In this document: piece by piece, positions 45,951 through 54,654 of the stretch
Layout: each line of letters opens with the position of its first letter
How positions within the stretch are numbered: the stretch's first letter is position 1
Assembly: GCA_965279735.1 (NCBI GenBank)
Contig: OZ257260.1
Coordinates: forward strand, 2,161,279 to 2,225,278
Direction: 5' to 3'
Length of the DNA: 64,000 nt
Source: Steroidobacteraceae bacterium
Lineage (GTDB): Bacteria; Pseudomonadota; Gammaproteobacteria; Steroidobacterales; Steroidobacteraceae
Position numbers and translations under genes: made by a program
The notes under the pieces: model-generated
Told to the model about the DNA's origin: nothing
Seen by the model: only the letters and a program-made list of their open reading frames with translations
Database searches by the model: none

Positions 45951-46445
45951 CTACTTCGGCGGTGCGGGTGGGAGCATCGCCGGATCCCAATGCTCATCCG
46001 CCTTGCCATTCTTGATGCGCCACATGTCGAACCAGGTGGTCGTGTATTTCTGGCCGGGCTTCGTCGGATGATCCATTTCCCTGGCAAATGCCACCGAGAC
46101 CAGATCCCCTTGCGCCAGCACGGCGACCACTTTTGTTTTCCAGTTGTTGCGATCGGGAATCGGGCCCGGCGTCCTCCGGCCGAAGAAATCCATCACCGGC
46201 TTCAGGCCCGAAGCGACATTCGGATTGTGCTGGATGTATTCGTCCGTCAGGTATTTCGGTGCCTCGCTCCAGTGATTGGCTTCCAGAAGATCGCGGACGA
46301 TATGCAAAACCACCTGCTTGTTGGCATGCAGCTTCGGATCGGGATCGGTAAACAGCGATTCCGGGTCGGCATGGCCCACCACGGGCGCCTGTGCGAAGAC
46401 CGGGAACGATGCCGCGAGCAGGGTCAGTACCAGCCATGGTTTCAT
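45951..46445 (-). CDS. exported NTF2/SnoaL-like fold protein
   Basis: 164 aa. The signal peptide is MKPWLVLTLLAASFPVFA. The SnoaL-like segment is YLTDEYIQHNPNV...WFDMWRIKNGKADEHWD. Confidence 0.65.
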   Translation of the reverse strand: MKPWLVLTLLAASFPVFAQAPVVGHADPESLFTDPDPKLHANKQVVLHIVRDLLEANHWSEAPKYLTDEYIQHNPNVASGLKPVMDFFGRRTPGPIPDRNNWKTKVVAVLAQGDLVSVAFAREMDHPTKPGQKYTTTWFDMWRIKNGKADEHWDPAMLPPAPPK

Positions 46446-46609
46446 TGTGAATCCCCCTTTTGATGACGGAAACAGGACGCGGTCGAGGTTTGCACACCTG
46501 CGATTCTTTGGAAAGACAGCCAGACCTCTACCGCGTTGCTGCTGGTTGCGTTCCGTAGACGGCAGGCTGAGACTTGACCCTGGCTGTTGCTCTGGATGAG
46601 GTTGCCGTA

Positions 46610-47368
46610 ATGAAATCCAATTGGAAGATCCTGCCGGCCCTCGTTCTGCTCGCCGCGTTGGATACGGCCGACGCAGCTTCCAGCGGCAGCCTGCTCGACC
46701 TGATCAAACCCAGGACTGCGGCGACGGCTTCTGCTGGCGCACTATCGGAAGACCAGGTGGTTGGTGGCCTGAAGGAAGCGCTCGGCAAGGGTGTGCAACA
46801 GGCCGTCACGACGCTCGGCAAACAGAACGGCTTCCTCGGCGATGCCGCAGTGAAAATCCCCATGCCTTCCAGCCTGCAGAAGGTCGAGAAGGGTCTGCGG
46901 GCAGTGGGCAAAGGCCAGCTCGCTGACGAATTCGTGACCACGATGAACCGCGCGGCCGAACAGGCCGTGCCGGAAGCCGCCGGCATCCTTGGCGATTCGG
47001 TGAAGCAGATGTCGATCGCCGATGCGAAGTCGGTTCTCACCGGGGGCGATACCGCCGCCACCGATTACTTCCGTCGTTCCAGCCAGACCGCACTGCGCGA
47101 CCGCTTGCTGCCCATCATCAAGGCTTCCACGGAGAAAGCGGGCGTCACCTCCTCTTACAAACAGATGGCGGGCAAGGCGAGCGGTGCGCTCGGCAAATTC
47201 GGGGGCGGCCTGATCGGCACCGAGATGCCGGACCTCGACAGCTACATCACGGACAAGGCTCTCGATGGCCTGTTCCTGAAAATCGCGGACCAGGAAAAAC
47301 AGATCCGCCAGAATCCCGTCGCCCGCACGAGCGATCTACTCAAGACCGTGTTCGGCTCGACCAAGTAA
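46610..47368 (+). CDS. DUF4197 domain protein (exported)
   Basis: From the ATG at 46610 it reads MKSNWKILPALVLLAALDTADA. The segment LSEDQVVGGLKEALGKGVQQAVTTLGKQNGFLGDAAVKIPMP matches my memory of DUF4197. Confidence 0.7.
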   Translation: MKSNWKILPALVLLAALDTADAASSGSLLDLIKPRTAATASAGALSEDQVVGGLKEALGKGVQQAVTTLGKQNGFLGDAAVKIPMPSSLQKVEKGLRAVGKGQLADEFVTTMNRAAEQAVPEAAGILGDSVKQMSIADAKSVLTGGDTAATDYFRRSSQTALRDRLLPIIKASTEKAGVTSSYKQMAGKASGALGKFGGGLIGTEMPDLDSYITDKALDGLFLKIADQEKQIRQNPVARTSDLLKTVFGSTK

Positions 47369-47375
47369 ACGATCC

Positions 47376-48320
47376 GTGCACAGCCTCGAGTCCGAGCTCC
47401 GCGAGCTCCATTCATCGCAGTTGCTGCCCGAAGCGGACGCCGCGCGCGCCATCGCCCTTGAGAATGGCAGTGTCTTTTCCCTGCACCGCGAGCTGCTGTT
47501 CGTGCTCTACGGTGCGGTGGCATCGCTCGTTGCAGGCATCGGCCTCGTCATCAAGAACAACCTCGACCGGATAGGTCCTGTCACCCTGATCGTCGCCTTG
47601 CTTGTTGTCGCCGGGGCCTGCTACGCGAGCGCCATCCGCACGATGCTGCGTGGCGAGTCACGATCCTTGCCGGGTGACTACGTGTTGCTGCTGGGAGCTC
47701 TGACCTTCAGCGCAACCCTGGGTTATGCCGAAACACAATTTCATTGGCTGGGTGGGGACTGGTCGAAACATCTGCTCGTGCTGGCGGTACTGCATGCCTC
47801 GACGGCGTACTGGCTCGACTCACGACTGGTGTTGTCCCTCGCGCTCACCTCGTTCACTACCTGGCTCGGCGTAGAAGCACAGTGGGGAGTCCTGCTCGAA
47901 TCCGGCCGTTCGCTCACCTCTGCCGGTTACCGAAGCCTCATTGCTGCCATCACGTTCTTCGTGGCACTCGTCATCCATCGTGCCTTGGGCGCCAAGCGCG
48001 ATTTTGTTCCGGTGTACGAACACTTTGCGGGCAACCTTGCGTTCTGGGGTGCGCTGGCCCTGGGCTTTGCCGACAGCACACGATTGATCGGAGTGGTCCT
48101 GCTTGCAGCATTGACGACAGGCGCTGCGATGCTTGGCTTACGCCGGTCACGCGAGAGTTTCATTGTTTATGCGATCGGCTACGCCACGTTTGGCGCGTGC
48201 GTGCTTGAGGCGCAGCTCCTGCGCGATGCACTGCCTGTTGCGCTCGCGATTCTGACCACCATCGTGATCGCAGCCGTCCTGCTCTGGCGGCTGCGCGCTG
48301 CAGTGAAGGCGGGCCATTGA
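47376..48320 (+). CDS. polytopic membrane protein (DUF2157-like, tentative)
   Basis: 314 aa. A soluble N-terminal ~35 aa is followed by ~8 TM segments. It overlaps the next gene by 4 nt. Confidence 0.55.
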   Translation: MHSLESELRELHSSQLLPEADAARAIALENGSVFSLHRELLFVLYGAVASLVAGIGLVIKNNLDRIGPVTLIVALLVVAGACYASAIRTMLRGESRSLPGDYVLLLGALTFSATLGYAETQFHWLGGDWSKHLLVLAVLHASTAYWLDSRLVLSLALTSFTTWLGVEAQWGVLLESGRSLTSAGYRSLIAAITFFVALVIHRALGAKRDFVPVYEHFAGNLAFWGALALGFADSTRLIGVVLLAALTTGAAMLGLRRSRESFIVYAIGYATFGACVLEAQLLRDALPVALAILTTIVIAAVLLWRLRAAVKAGH

Positions 48321-49408
48321 ACCTCGTCCGGCCTTCGGTTCAGCAGGAGCGCTGGCTCGCAGCGATCTCCCGTTACCTGCCCAAGCAGGAACTGATTGAA
48401 CGAACTGGCGGATGGAAGACCGGCGCGCTGGTGAGTCGCTGCCTGTTCTTCGTCCTGGGGCTCGTCGCAGCAGGCACTATCCTGGCCATCTTTCATCTCC
48501 TTGAGATTCCTCAGGCGAATGGCATCGCGGGGCTGGTGCTGCTCGGCGCAGCGGAGTGGTTGATCCAGCAGCGCCGCTTTTTCTGGTCAGGTATAGAGGA
48601 AGCGCTCTGGGCCTCCGGCTTGATCGCGATTTCCGTCGGTATCATCGAAACGATCACCCGATGGGATGATATCGCTGCAGCGTTGCTGATTGCTGTCGCG
48701 CTCCTGTTGGCAGGATGGCGTTTGCTCAATCCGCTTTTCACGACTGCGGGCGCGGGCGTGGCTTCCGTAGCGGTCGGGATGATTTTCAATGCACGCTGGA
48801 GCGGCAGTGGCGAACCGGTGGCAAGCCTGTTCTGTTTCGCGCTCGCGACCGTGGCCCTCATTTCAGGCAGCCGCTCGTTCAAGCGACCCGCTCACGATCG
48901 CATGCTGGACTGGCTGGTCGTGGCCATGCCCGCCGCCGGTTGCGTGTGGACGGAAATCTCATGGTCCGGACAACAGCCTGAAAGCGCATCTGGCTGGTCT
49001 GCATTCGTGCGGTGGCTGCCACTGCTGATGTCACTCACGTTCGGCATTGCAGCCGCATGGATCGGCATCCGTCGCCGTACTCACTCGCCCCTCCTCGCGG
49101 CGCTCGTTTGTACGCTCTGCATTGCCTATACCGTTTATCCGGCTGTGGGCATGGATCTGGAGTGGTACCTGTTTCTCTGGGGAGGTGCCGCACTGCTGCC
49201 AGCCATTGCCATAGAGCGTTACCTGCGCACGCCGCGCAAAGGCATCACCTCAAAGAACATCGGCGATAGCGCAACGGCACAGAAACTGCTGGAGGTGATG
49301 GGCACTGCAGTGATGGCTCCTCAGACCGCGCAGACTCCACCAGAGAGCGCAGGCTATCAAGGACAGGGCGGTGGTTTTGGCGGCGGAGGTGCAAGCGGCA
49401 GATACTGA
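48317..49408 (+). CDS. polytopic membrane protein with glycine-rich C-terminal tail
   Basis: 363 aa with ~9 TM segments. The C-terminus is PPESAGYQGQGGGFGGGGASGRY. Confidence 0.55.
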   Translation: MNLVRPSVQQERWLAAISRYLPKQELIERTGGWKTGALVSRCLFFVLGLVAAGTILAIFHLLEIPQANGIAGLVLLGAAEWLIQQRRFFWSGIEEALWASGLIAISVGIIETITRWDDIAAALLIAVALLLAGWRLLNPLFTTAGAGVASVAVGMIFNARWSGSGEPVASLFCFALATVALISGSRSFKRPAHDRMLDWLVVAMPAAGCVWTEISWSGQQPESASGWSAFVRWLPLLMSLTFGIAAAWIGIRRRTHSPLLAALVCTLCIAYTVYPAVGMDLEWYLFLWGGAALLPAIAIERYLRTPRKGITSKNIGDSATAQKLLEVMGTAVMAPQTAQTPPESAGYQGQGGGFGGGGASGRY

Positions 49409-49423
49409 TACTGGCCAGCGCTG

Positions 49424-49822
49424 CTATCGCGAACGTGCATCGCCATCGACATACAGCCAGCGCCCTGCTTCGCGAATGAAGCGACTGCGCTCGTGAATAC
49501 GTGCAGCCGACCCTCCGCCAACGCGAAAGCGCGCGATGAATTCGACATCCGCGGAATCCGCACTGACCGCCAGTGTTTCGATTACCTTCAGCCCCAGCCA
49601 CTTCGTGCCTCGTTCAAAAGGCACCGCAGCCGGACGCGTACGGGGATGCCAGCTTGAGAGCAGATAGCTTTCGTTCTCCATCACGAACGCGACGTAACGT
49701 GAACGCATCAATGCTTCCGCAGTGGGCGCAGCTTCGCCAGTGTGCCAGCGACCGCAGCATTGGTCATAGGCAGAATTTGAACCGCAGGGACACAGCCCGG
49801 TACGTACCTTAAACCCCTGCAT
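49424..49822 (-). CDS. ychJ: YchJ family protein (SEC-C motif)
   Basis: The N-terminal motif is CPCGSNSAYDQCCGRWH and an NTF2-like body follows. Confidence 0.8.
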   Translation of the reverse strand: MQGFKVRTGLCPCGSNSAYDQCCGRWHTGEAAPTAEALMRSRYVAFVMENESYLLSSWHPRTRPAAVPFERGTKWLGLKVIETLAVSADSADVEFIARFRVGGGSAARIHERSRFIREAGRWLYVDGDARSR

Positions 49823-50432
49823 TCGCGGCCTCCCACACCGGATATCGCGTCATGACTGATGCGTAGAGCGAGGATTCCTCCAGGCTGGCCAGCCACGCCT
49901 CAATGCGCGGCATCCTCATTTCCGTGAATGCCTGGAAATCAACGCGTGCGAACTGGCGCACGAATGGAAAGAGGGAGATATCCGCCAGACTTGGAGCGTC
50001 ACCGAACAGATACGCACTCCTGCGCAGCCGTTCTTCCAGCGGGCCAAGCAGCTCGCCCGCTGCGGCACGATGTTCGACCGGATCAGACCCTGCGTGACGA
50101 TCCGGATACTTCACCCGGTCTAGATGGTATTTGAAGGGCCCGTCGCAATTTGCAATAAGTGCGTTCATTGCCGCGCCGGGCGCAAGCCATTGCGCGGGAT
50201 CATTCTGTTCAAGCGCCCACCGCATGATTTCCAGGCTCTCGTCGATCACCCGACCGTCCGGCAGCACCAGCACGGGAACAGTTCCCTTGGGCGATGCCTT
50301 GAGCATCGCCGCCGGCTTGTCACGCAGCGCAACTTCGCGATGAGCCCAGTGCATGCCTGCCACCGTGAGTGCCATGCGGGCGCGGATCGCGTAGGGACAT
50401 CGACGAAAGCTGTAGAGGATCGGCAGGGGCAT
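49809..50432 (-). CDS. glutathione S-transferase family protein
   Basis: MPLPILYSFRRCPYAIRARMAL is the thioredoxin-like GST N-domain. VPVLVLPDG is present. 207 aa. Confidence 0.8.
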   Translation of the reverse strand: MPLPILYSFRRCPYAIRARMALTVAGMHWAHREVALRDKPAAMLKASPKGTVPVLVLPDGRVIDESLEIMRWALEQNDPAQWLAPGAAMNALIANCDGPFKYHLDRVKYPDRHAGSDPVEHRAAAGELLGPLEERLRRSAYLFGDAPSLADISLFPFVRQFARVDFQAFTEMRMPRIEAWLASLEESSLYASVMTRYPVWEAANAGV

Positions 50433-51487
50433 TAGCGGTAAAGCTTCAGATTGAAGTACGCCGATACGATGTTGTCTTCGCGCAGCCGGTCGTAGTTTTG
50501 CCAGTCCCGGTATTTCTCGAGCAGCACAGTGCGCTTGAGCTCCTCCGGACCCAGGCCTTTGGCCATGCCAGTTGTCACCGCGGAGATGAGGTCTTCAAAA
50601 TACTCGCGTGCCGCAGTCACATCGCTTTTCTGGAAAAATCCGGTACCGTGGCCCTGCACCAGCACATCGAAATCGAGGGCTTCGATGTTGCGGTACGAAC
50701 GCACCCATTCCGCGAGCGGGTGGCCATCGAAATTGCCGCACGCGCTGGGCAATGCCCGCATGGTCGTCGAGACGAGTGCATCGGCAGGGAAGTCGACCGA
50801 AAACGCCACCCTTTCGGCCGGGAACAGCAACACCGTTCCATCGTTTGCATGATTCTGGCCGGGATGAAGGAGTTCGACCGTCTTGCCGCCCAGCACTATT
50901 TTCATGCGCTCCGTGTAGACGATCTCCGGTCGACGTACGAATGCGTAGTATTCGCCCGGCGTCACGTGACCATCCGCATCGACATCGTGTGTCCGGAAAA
51001 AATTGCTGCCGCACACACCCCGATAATCCGGATAAGTCGGGCGATCGCGAACCTCGTCGCGCTCGAAGGTGCGATTGTCGTTCGCATCGACGAATCCGCC
51101 CGGCATGTGGGGAATCCTGCCATCCATGTTTCGCAGCATGCCCTCATGTGCGACAAAGGTGGCCGTCGCTGCGAAGACGCTTCCGCCCTCTGCATGATCC
51201 CAGTGACTATGGCTGTAGATGACGTAGCGCACCGGCACACCGAAACGGGCATCCAGCTGCTCTTTCAGCCAGATGGAAAAATCCACGGTGATGGGGTCAG
51301 CGAGGATGATGCCCTCGGGCGTCACCAGGAACACCGTATGCCAGTTCCCGACGCTGGCGCGATAAAGATCGCCGGAGATCTGTGTAATGGCTTTTACCGG
51401 GGGAGCAGGCGTTGCAGCCTGCGCATGCAATTGTCCGCAGGCAAGCCATGCCACCAGCATGATCGCGGAACGGTTCACCAGGTTCAT
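50432..51487 (-). CDS. exported MBL-fold metallo-hydrolase carrying an inserted EF-hand pair
   Basis: A signal peptide is present. The MBL motif is YSHSHWDHAEG. Two EF-hand loops are present, DANDNRTFERDE and DVDADGHVTPGE. Confidence 0.8.
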   Translation of the reverse strand: MNLVNRSAIMLVAWLACGQLHAQAATPAPPVKAITQISGDLYRASVGNWHTVFLVTPEGIILADPITVDFSIWLKEQLDARFGVPVRYVIYSHSHWDHAEGGSVFAATATFVAHEGMLRNMDGRIPHMPGGFVDANDNRTFERDEVRDRPTYPDYRGVCGSNFFRTHDVDADGHVTPGEYYAFVRRPEIVYTERMKIVLGGKTVELLHPGQNHANDGTVLLFPAERVAFSVDFPADALVSTTMRALPSACGNFDGHPLAEWVRSYRNIEALDFDVLVQGHGTGFFQKSDVTAAREYFEDLISAVTTGMAKGLGPEELKRTVLLEKYRDWQNYDRLREDNIVSAYFNLKLYR

Positions 51488-51520
51488 GTATTCCTCAACA
51501 TGGAACAGGCCGTCGGCGGC

Positions 51521-51937
51521 TCAATCCAGCAATGCAGTCAGTTTTCGAGGCGCCAGGAATCTGTAGCTCGCGACCAGCAGGCGACCCACCCTGTCCCAAT
51601 CGGGATCATCGAGGACTATACCGACGATGTTGGAAAACCACACCGGACGAAAGAACGGAGCGTTGTCGAAACTCGCCGGATCGAATTCCGGCCCGGGGGT
51701 GCGAAACGTGAGAACGCAGAGCGGACCGTCTGATGCAGCAGCCTTCGCATAAGCCGGGGGCCAGCCGCCACTGATCATGAGCACATGAGCGAAATTCTTC
51801 TTGCGCACGCACCAGCGCGTCCCCGCCCACGCATGCTCCTCGTAGGCCTCAGGCAACTCGAGACATATTGCGCGCAGCTCTTTGAGGACGACGAGCGGAA
51901 CTCGTGGACGGGTGGCTGGTGCGGATCCTTCTCTCAT
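51521..51937 (-). CDS. MmcQ/YjbR family DNA-binding protein
   Basis: 138 aa. LRAICLELPEAYEEHAWAGTRWCVRKKNFAHV is the typical YjbR N-terminal pattern. Confidence 0.7.
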   Translation of the reverse strand: MREGSAPATRPRVPLVVLKELRAICLELPEAYEEHAWAGTRWCVRKKNFAHVLMISGGWPPAYAKAAASDGPLCVLTFRTPGPEFDPASFDNAPFFRPVWFSNIVGIVLDDPDWDRVGRLLVASYRFLAPRKLTALLD

Positions 51938-52198
51938 TACTCTCTTCTCAGCGCCTGCAAGAGGTTGATTCCGGCAGAGACCTGAGGAACGTACATTTCA
52001 CTTAACTTATTGGACGCGACAGCAATTGTAAAATCGCCTGTATTTCTCGCAGCTCGCTTAAATCCCTCGGCCACCGGTGAAGTGCGATTCCAGTCGCACT
52101 TTCACTACCTCATCAGCAAATCGAATCGAGCGGGCGATAAGGTGCCGACACTTGTTCATCACTGTCTGTCTTTAGCAACTTCTTCAAGGCAAAAACTC

Positions 52199-53890
52199 AT
52201 GAGTCACTCCGCTGCCAGGCGCGATCTGTTCTCAATGTCCAATCCCCTGCAATGGTTGCTCATGGCTTTCTGGGCCGTGGCGATGATGGTGGGTGGAGCG
52301 GCAAATGCGAGCGTAGCTGTGCGTGTTGATGCAGACCAAGATCCAATTAAGTCCTTTGTAACTGTCACTGATGCGACCACTGGACTTCCGATTGCAGGGT
52401 TGAACGCTAGCAACTTTACTGTTTTCGTCGATGGCGTCGCGATTTCATCACCGCCGAGCGTCGATTTGCCGCCGGAGCAAGATAGCGCCAAAAGAGTTTC
52501 CGTAGTCTTTGCGATGGATTTCAGCCAATCCGTTCAAACCGCTGCTTTGGCCCCAATGCAAAACGCCGTAATCGCTTTCATCAACGCAATGAAACCGGGC
52601 GATTATGCGGCCATAGTCAAGTTCAATTTCACTAATCCAAGCAAGGCATCTGTTGTCCAGCCGTTCACGCTAATTGACCCAGCCGGAAAGTCAGCATTGG
52701 CGGGTGCAGTCATGGCCCCTTATCCCGGTGAGGGAACCAACCTTTACGACGCCATTGTGAAGTCGACTCAAGAATTCACAGCGGCCGCGGGCACTTTACC
52801 CAGCGGCCCAAAGGCCATCATCGTAATCGGCGATGGCGGCGAAGGCTCCTCAACCAACACAGTGAACGCTGCCTTGGCGGCCGCGAACGGGCAAAACCTG
52901 TCGATCTTCACGGTTGGGGTTGGTGAATTTGCTACTACTTCAGGGCAGCAGCGCTTGACGCAAATTGCCGCCCAGGCCAGCGGTGAGTTCTATGCGGCAC
53001 CGAACGATACTGAAATCACCAATGCTTACACAGACATCAAGAAGCGCCTTAGCAACGAGTATCAACTGTCTTTCAGCTCGACCATCAGCCCCACACCTCC
53101 TTGCGATCCGCACACCATAAAGGTTCAAGTGGGTTCGCAGGAATCAGTCGTCGAATCATTCACCCGCTGCACACCGTCGCTGACTACAGTTCCTCAGTTG
53201 GCAGGCAAAACGCAGGCCGAGGCGTCTACAGCACTCGCTACCGCGTCTTTGACATTGGGAACGGTTACCACGCGTTCAAGCTCTACAGTTGCCGCAGGAA
53301 AGGTAATCAGCCATACGCCAATCGCAGGATCAGTCGTAAATACAACTACGGCCGTCAATATCGTGATTTCGACTGGCGCATCCGCACCAGATGTCGTCGG
53401 TTTGACGCAAGCAGCGGCTTCTACCGCAATCGCGAACGCTGGATTGGTAGTTGGCAGCGTCACGCAGCAAACGAGTTCCAATGTCAGCGTCGGCTTCGTA
53501 ATTAGCCAAACTCCTCCCGCCGGAACGTCAGTGGTCGCGGGTTCTTCGGTAAATCTCGTCGTATCAACCGGTCCGCAGATGGTCGCAGCACCCAACGTCG
53601 TCGGCTCGACACAGGGCGCCGCTACTACTTCTATCACTGGAGCGGGACTGGTTCTCGGCACAGTCACGCAGCAGTCCAGTTCCACTGTCGCTTCGGGCAG
53701 CGTGATCAGTCAGACACCGGCGGCCGGCACTTCGGTTGCGGTTGGGTCAACAGTGACGCTCGTCGTATCGAATGGACCACCCCCGGCATCTAACGGCGGC
53801 GGTGGTGGTGGCGGTGGCGCCACGGGCCCGTTCGAGATCCTCTTCGGCGTGGGATTGCTGGCCATGGCGCGACGCAGACGGATGGTCTGA
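52199..53890 (+). CDS. exported VWA-domain protein with three PASTA repeats and a Gly8-TM-RRRR C-terminal sorting-type tail
   Basis: The leader is WLLMAFWAVAMMVGGAANA. The MIDAS motif is VVFAMDFSQS (DxSxS). Three ~66-aa repeats span 53186-53776 (VPQLAGKTQAEASTAL...VISTG, PDVVGLTQAAASTAI...VVSTG, PNVVGSTQGAATTSI...VVSNG). The tail is GGGGGGGGATGPFEILFGVGLLAMARRRRMV. Third codon positions are visibly more A/T-rich than in the neighbouring genes. The start is 52199 or 52235. Confidence 0.8.
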   Translation: MSHSAARRDLFSMSNPLQWLLMAFWAVAMMVGGAANASVAVRVDADQDPIKSFVTVTDATTGLPIAGLNASNFTVFVDGVAISSPPSVDLPPEQDSAKRVSVVFAMDFSQSVQTAALAPMQNAVIAFINAMKPGDYAAIVKFNFTNPSKASVVQPFTLIDPAGKSALAGAVMAPYPGEGTNLYDAIVKSTQEFTAAAGTLPSGPKAIIVIGDGGEGSSTNTVNAALAAANGQNLSIFTVGVGEFATTSGQQRLTQIAAQASGEFYAAPNDTEITNAYTDIKKRLSNEYQLSFSSTISPTPPCDPHTIKVQVGSQESVVESFTRCTPSLTTVPQLAGKTQAEASTALATASLTLGTVTTRSSSTVAAGKVISHTPIAGSVVNTTTAVNIVISTGASAPDVVGLTQAAASTAIANAGLVVGSVTQQTSSNVSVGFVISQTPPAGTSVVAGSSVNLVVSTGPQMVAAPNVVGSTQGAATTSITGAGLVLGTVTQQSSSTVASGSVISQTPAAGTSVAVGSTVTLVVSNGPPPASNGGGGGGGGATGPFEILFGVGLLAMARRRRMV

Positions 53891-53915
53891 CAGCCTCTTC
53901 AACCTGGATGACAAA

Positions 53916-53944
53916 CCCCGGCCTCGTGCCGGGGTTTTCTTTTC
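53916..53944 (+). terminator. rho-independent terminator (CCCCGGC-ctcgt-GCCGGGG followed by TTTTCTTTTC)
   Basis: Read directly from the sequence. It lies 26 nt after the VWA-PASTA stop, between convergent genes. Confidence 0.75.
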
Positions 53945-53949
53945 TGGAG

Positions 53950-54654
53950 CTACAGCGGCAAGGTGTCCAGCGTGTTGTAGATGTTCTTAAGCCAGGTCTT
54001 GACGCGCTGGCGCTCCAGCATGCCCAGTGCATCCGGCTCATTGCGATTGTTGATCGCGGACCAGAAGCTCGCGCTGTGCCGGTCGATCTTGTTCATGCTG
54101 GCTTCGTGGAGTTGCGGCAGCGTGACCACTCGCGCACCGACCGCCAGCGCATCCTTGAGTGCCTGCGAATCCTCGAGCTGCGAAAAGTCCGACCCACGCC
54201 CCTGGTTCCGGACGACAAAGTAATTGGGCCCCGCGCCGAACGCGGCCACCAGCCGGCCGAGCAGATCGGCAGAATCCTTGCCGCTGTCCGCGAGATGCCA
54301 GAAATTGACGGTGACGCCCATCTCCGCCAGCAGCGTCAGCAGATCCGAGTCCTTGATCCAGCGCGTGAGAGGTGCTGCCGTCTGCGCGGCCAGATCGACG
54401 ATGGCGCTCTTCTGCACACCGGCAACCGGTTCCTCTTCGAAGGTCTTGACGATCCGGTCCAGGCCTTCATAGCTGTCGACGATGACAGGTGACGCGTAGT
54501 CAGCATAGAAGCGTGTGAACGAAGTGTGCGACCGATCGGTGTCGAAGCCCGTAAACGGCCTACCCTTGTCGATGAAATACTGGGCGAGAACACGTGCGGT
54601 CACCGATTTGCCGATGCCGCCTTTCTCGCCGCCGATGAAATTGAGGGAACTCAA
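53950..54654 (-). CDS. orphan ParA/MinD-superfamily P-loop NTPase, TraL-like
   Basis: The deviant Walker A is FIGGEKGGIGKS. The likely start is TTG at 54654, preceded by AGGAAATCACCC. The longest ORF reaches 54849, but its extra 65 aa look non-coding. The resemblance to IncP TraL (KGGVGKS...IDTD...) is from memory only. Confidence 0.6.
   Translation of the reverse strand: MSSLNFIGGEKGGIGKSVTARVLAQYFIDKGRPFTGFDTDRSHTSFTRFYADYASPVIVDSYEGLDRIVKTFEEEPVAGVQKSAIVDLAAQTAAPLTRWIKDSDLLTLLAEMGVTVNFWHLADSGKDSADLLGRLVAAFGAGPNYFVVRNQGRGSDFSQLEDSQALKDALAVGARVVTLPQLHEASMNKIDRHSASFWSAINNRNEPDALGMLERQRVKTWLKNIYNTLDTLPL

Noticed and set aside
52005-52034. A sigma70-like promoter for the VWA-PASTA gene (TTGGAC ... 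TAAAAT).
   Set aside because: The spacing between the hexamers is ~13 nt, well short of the optimal 17. Alternative -35 choices are poor. It would need 5'-end mapping.
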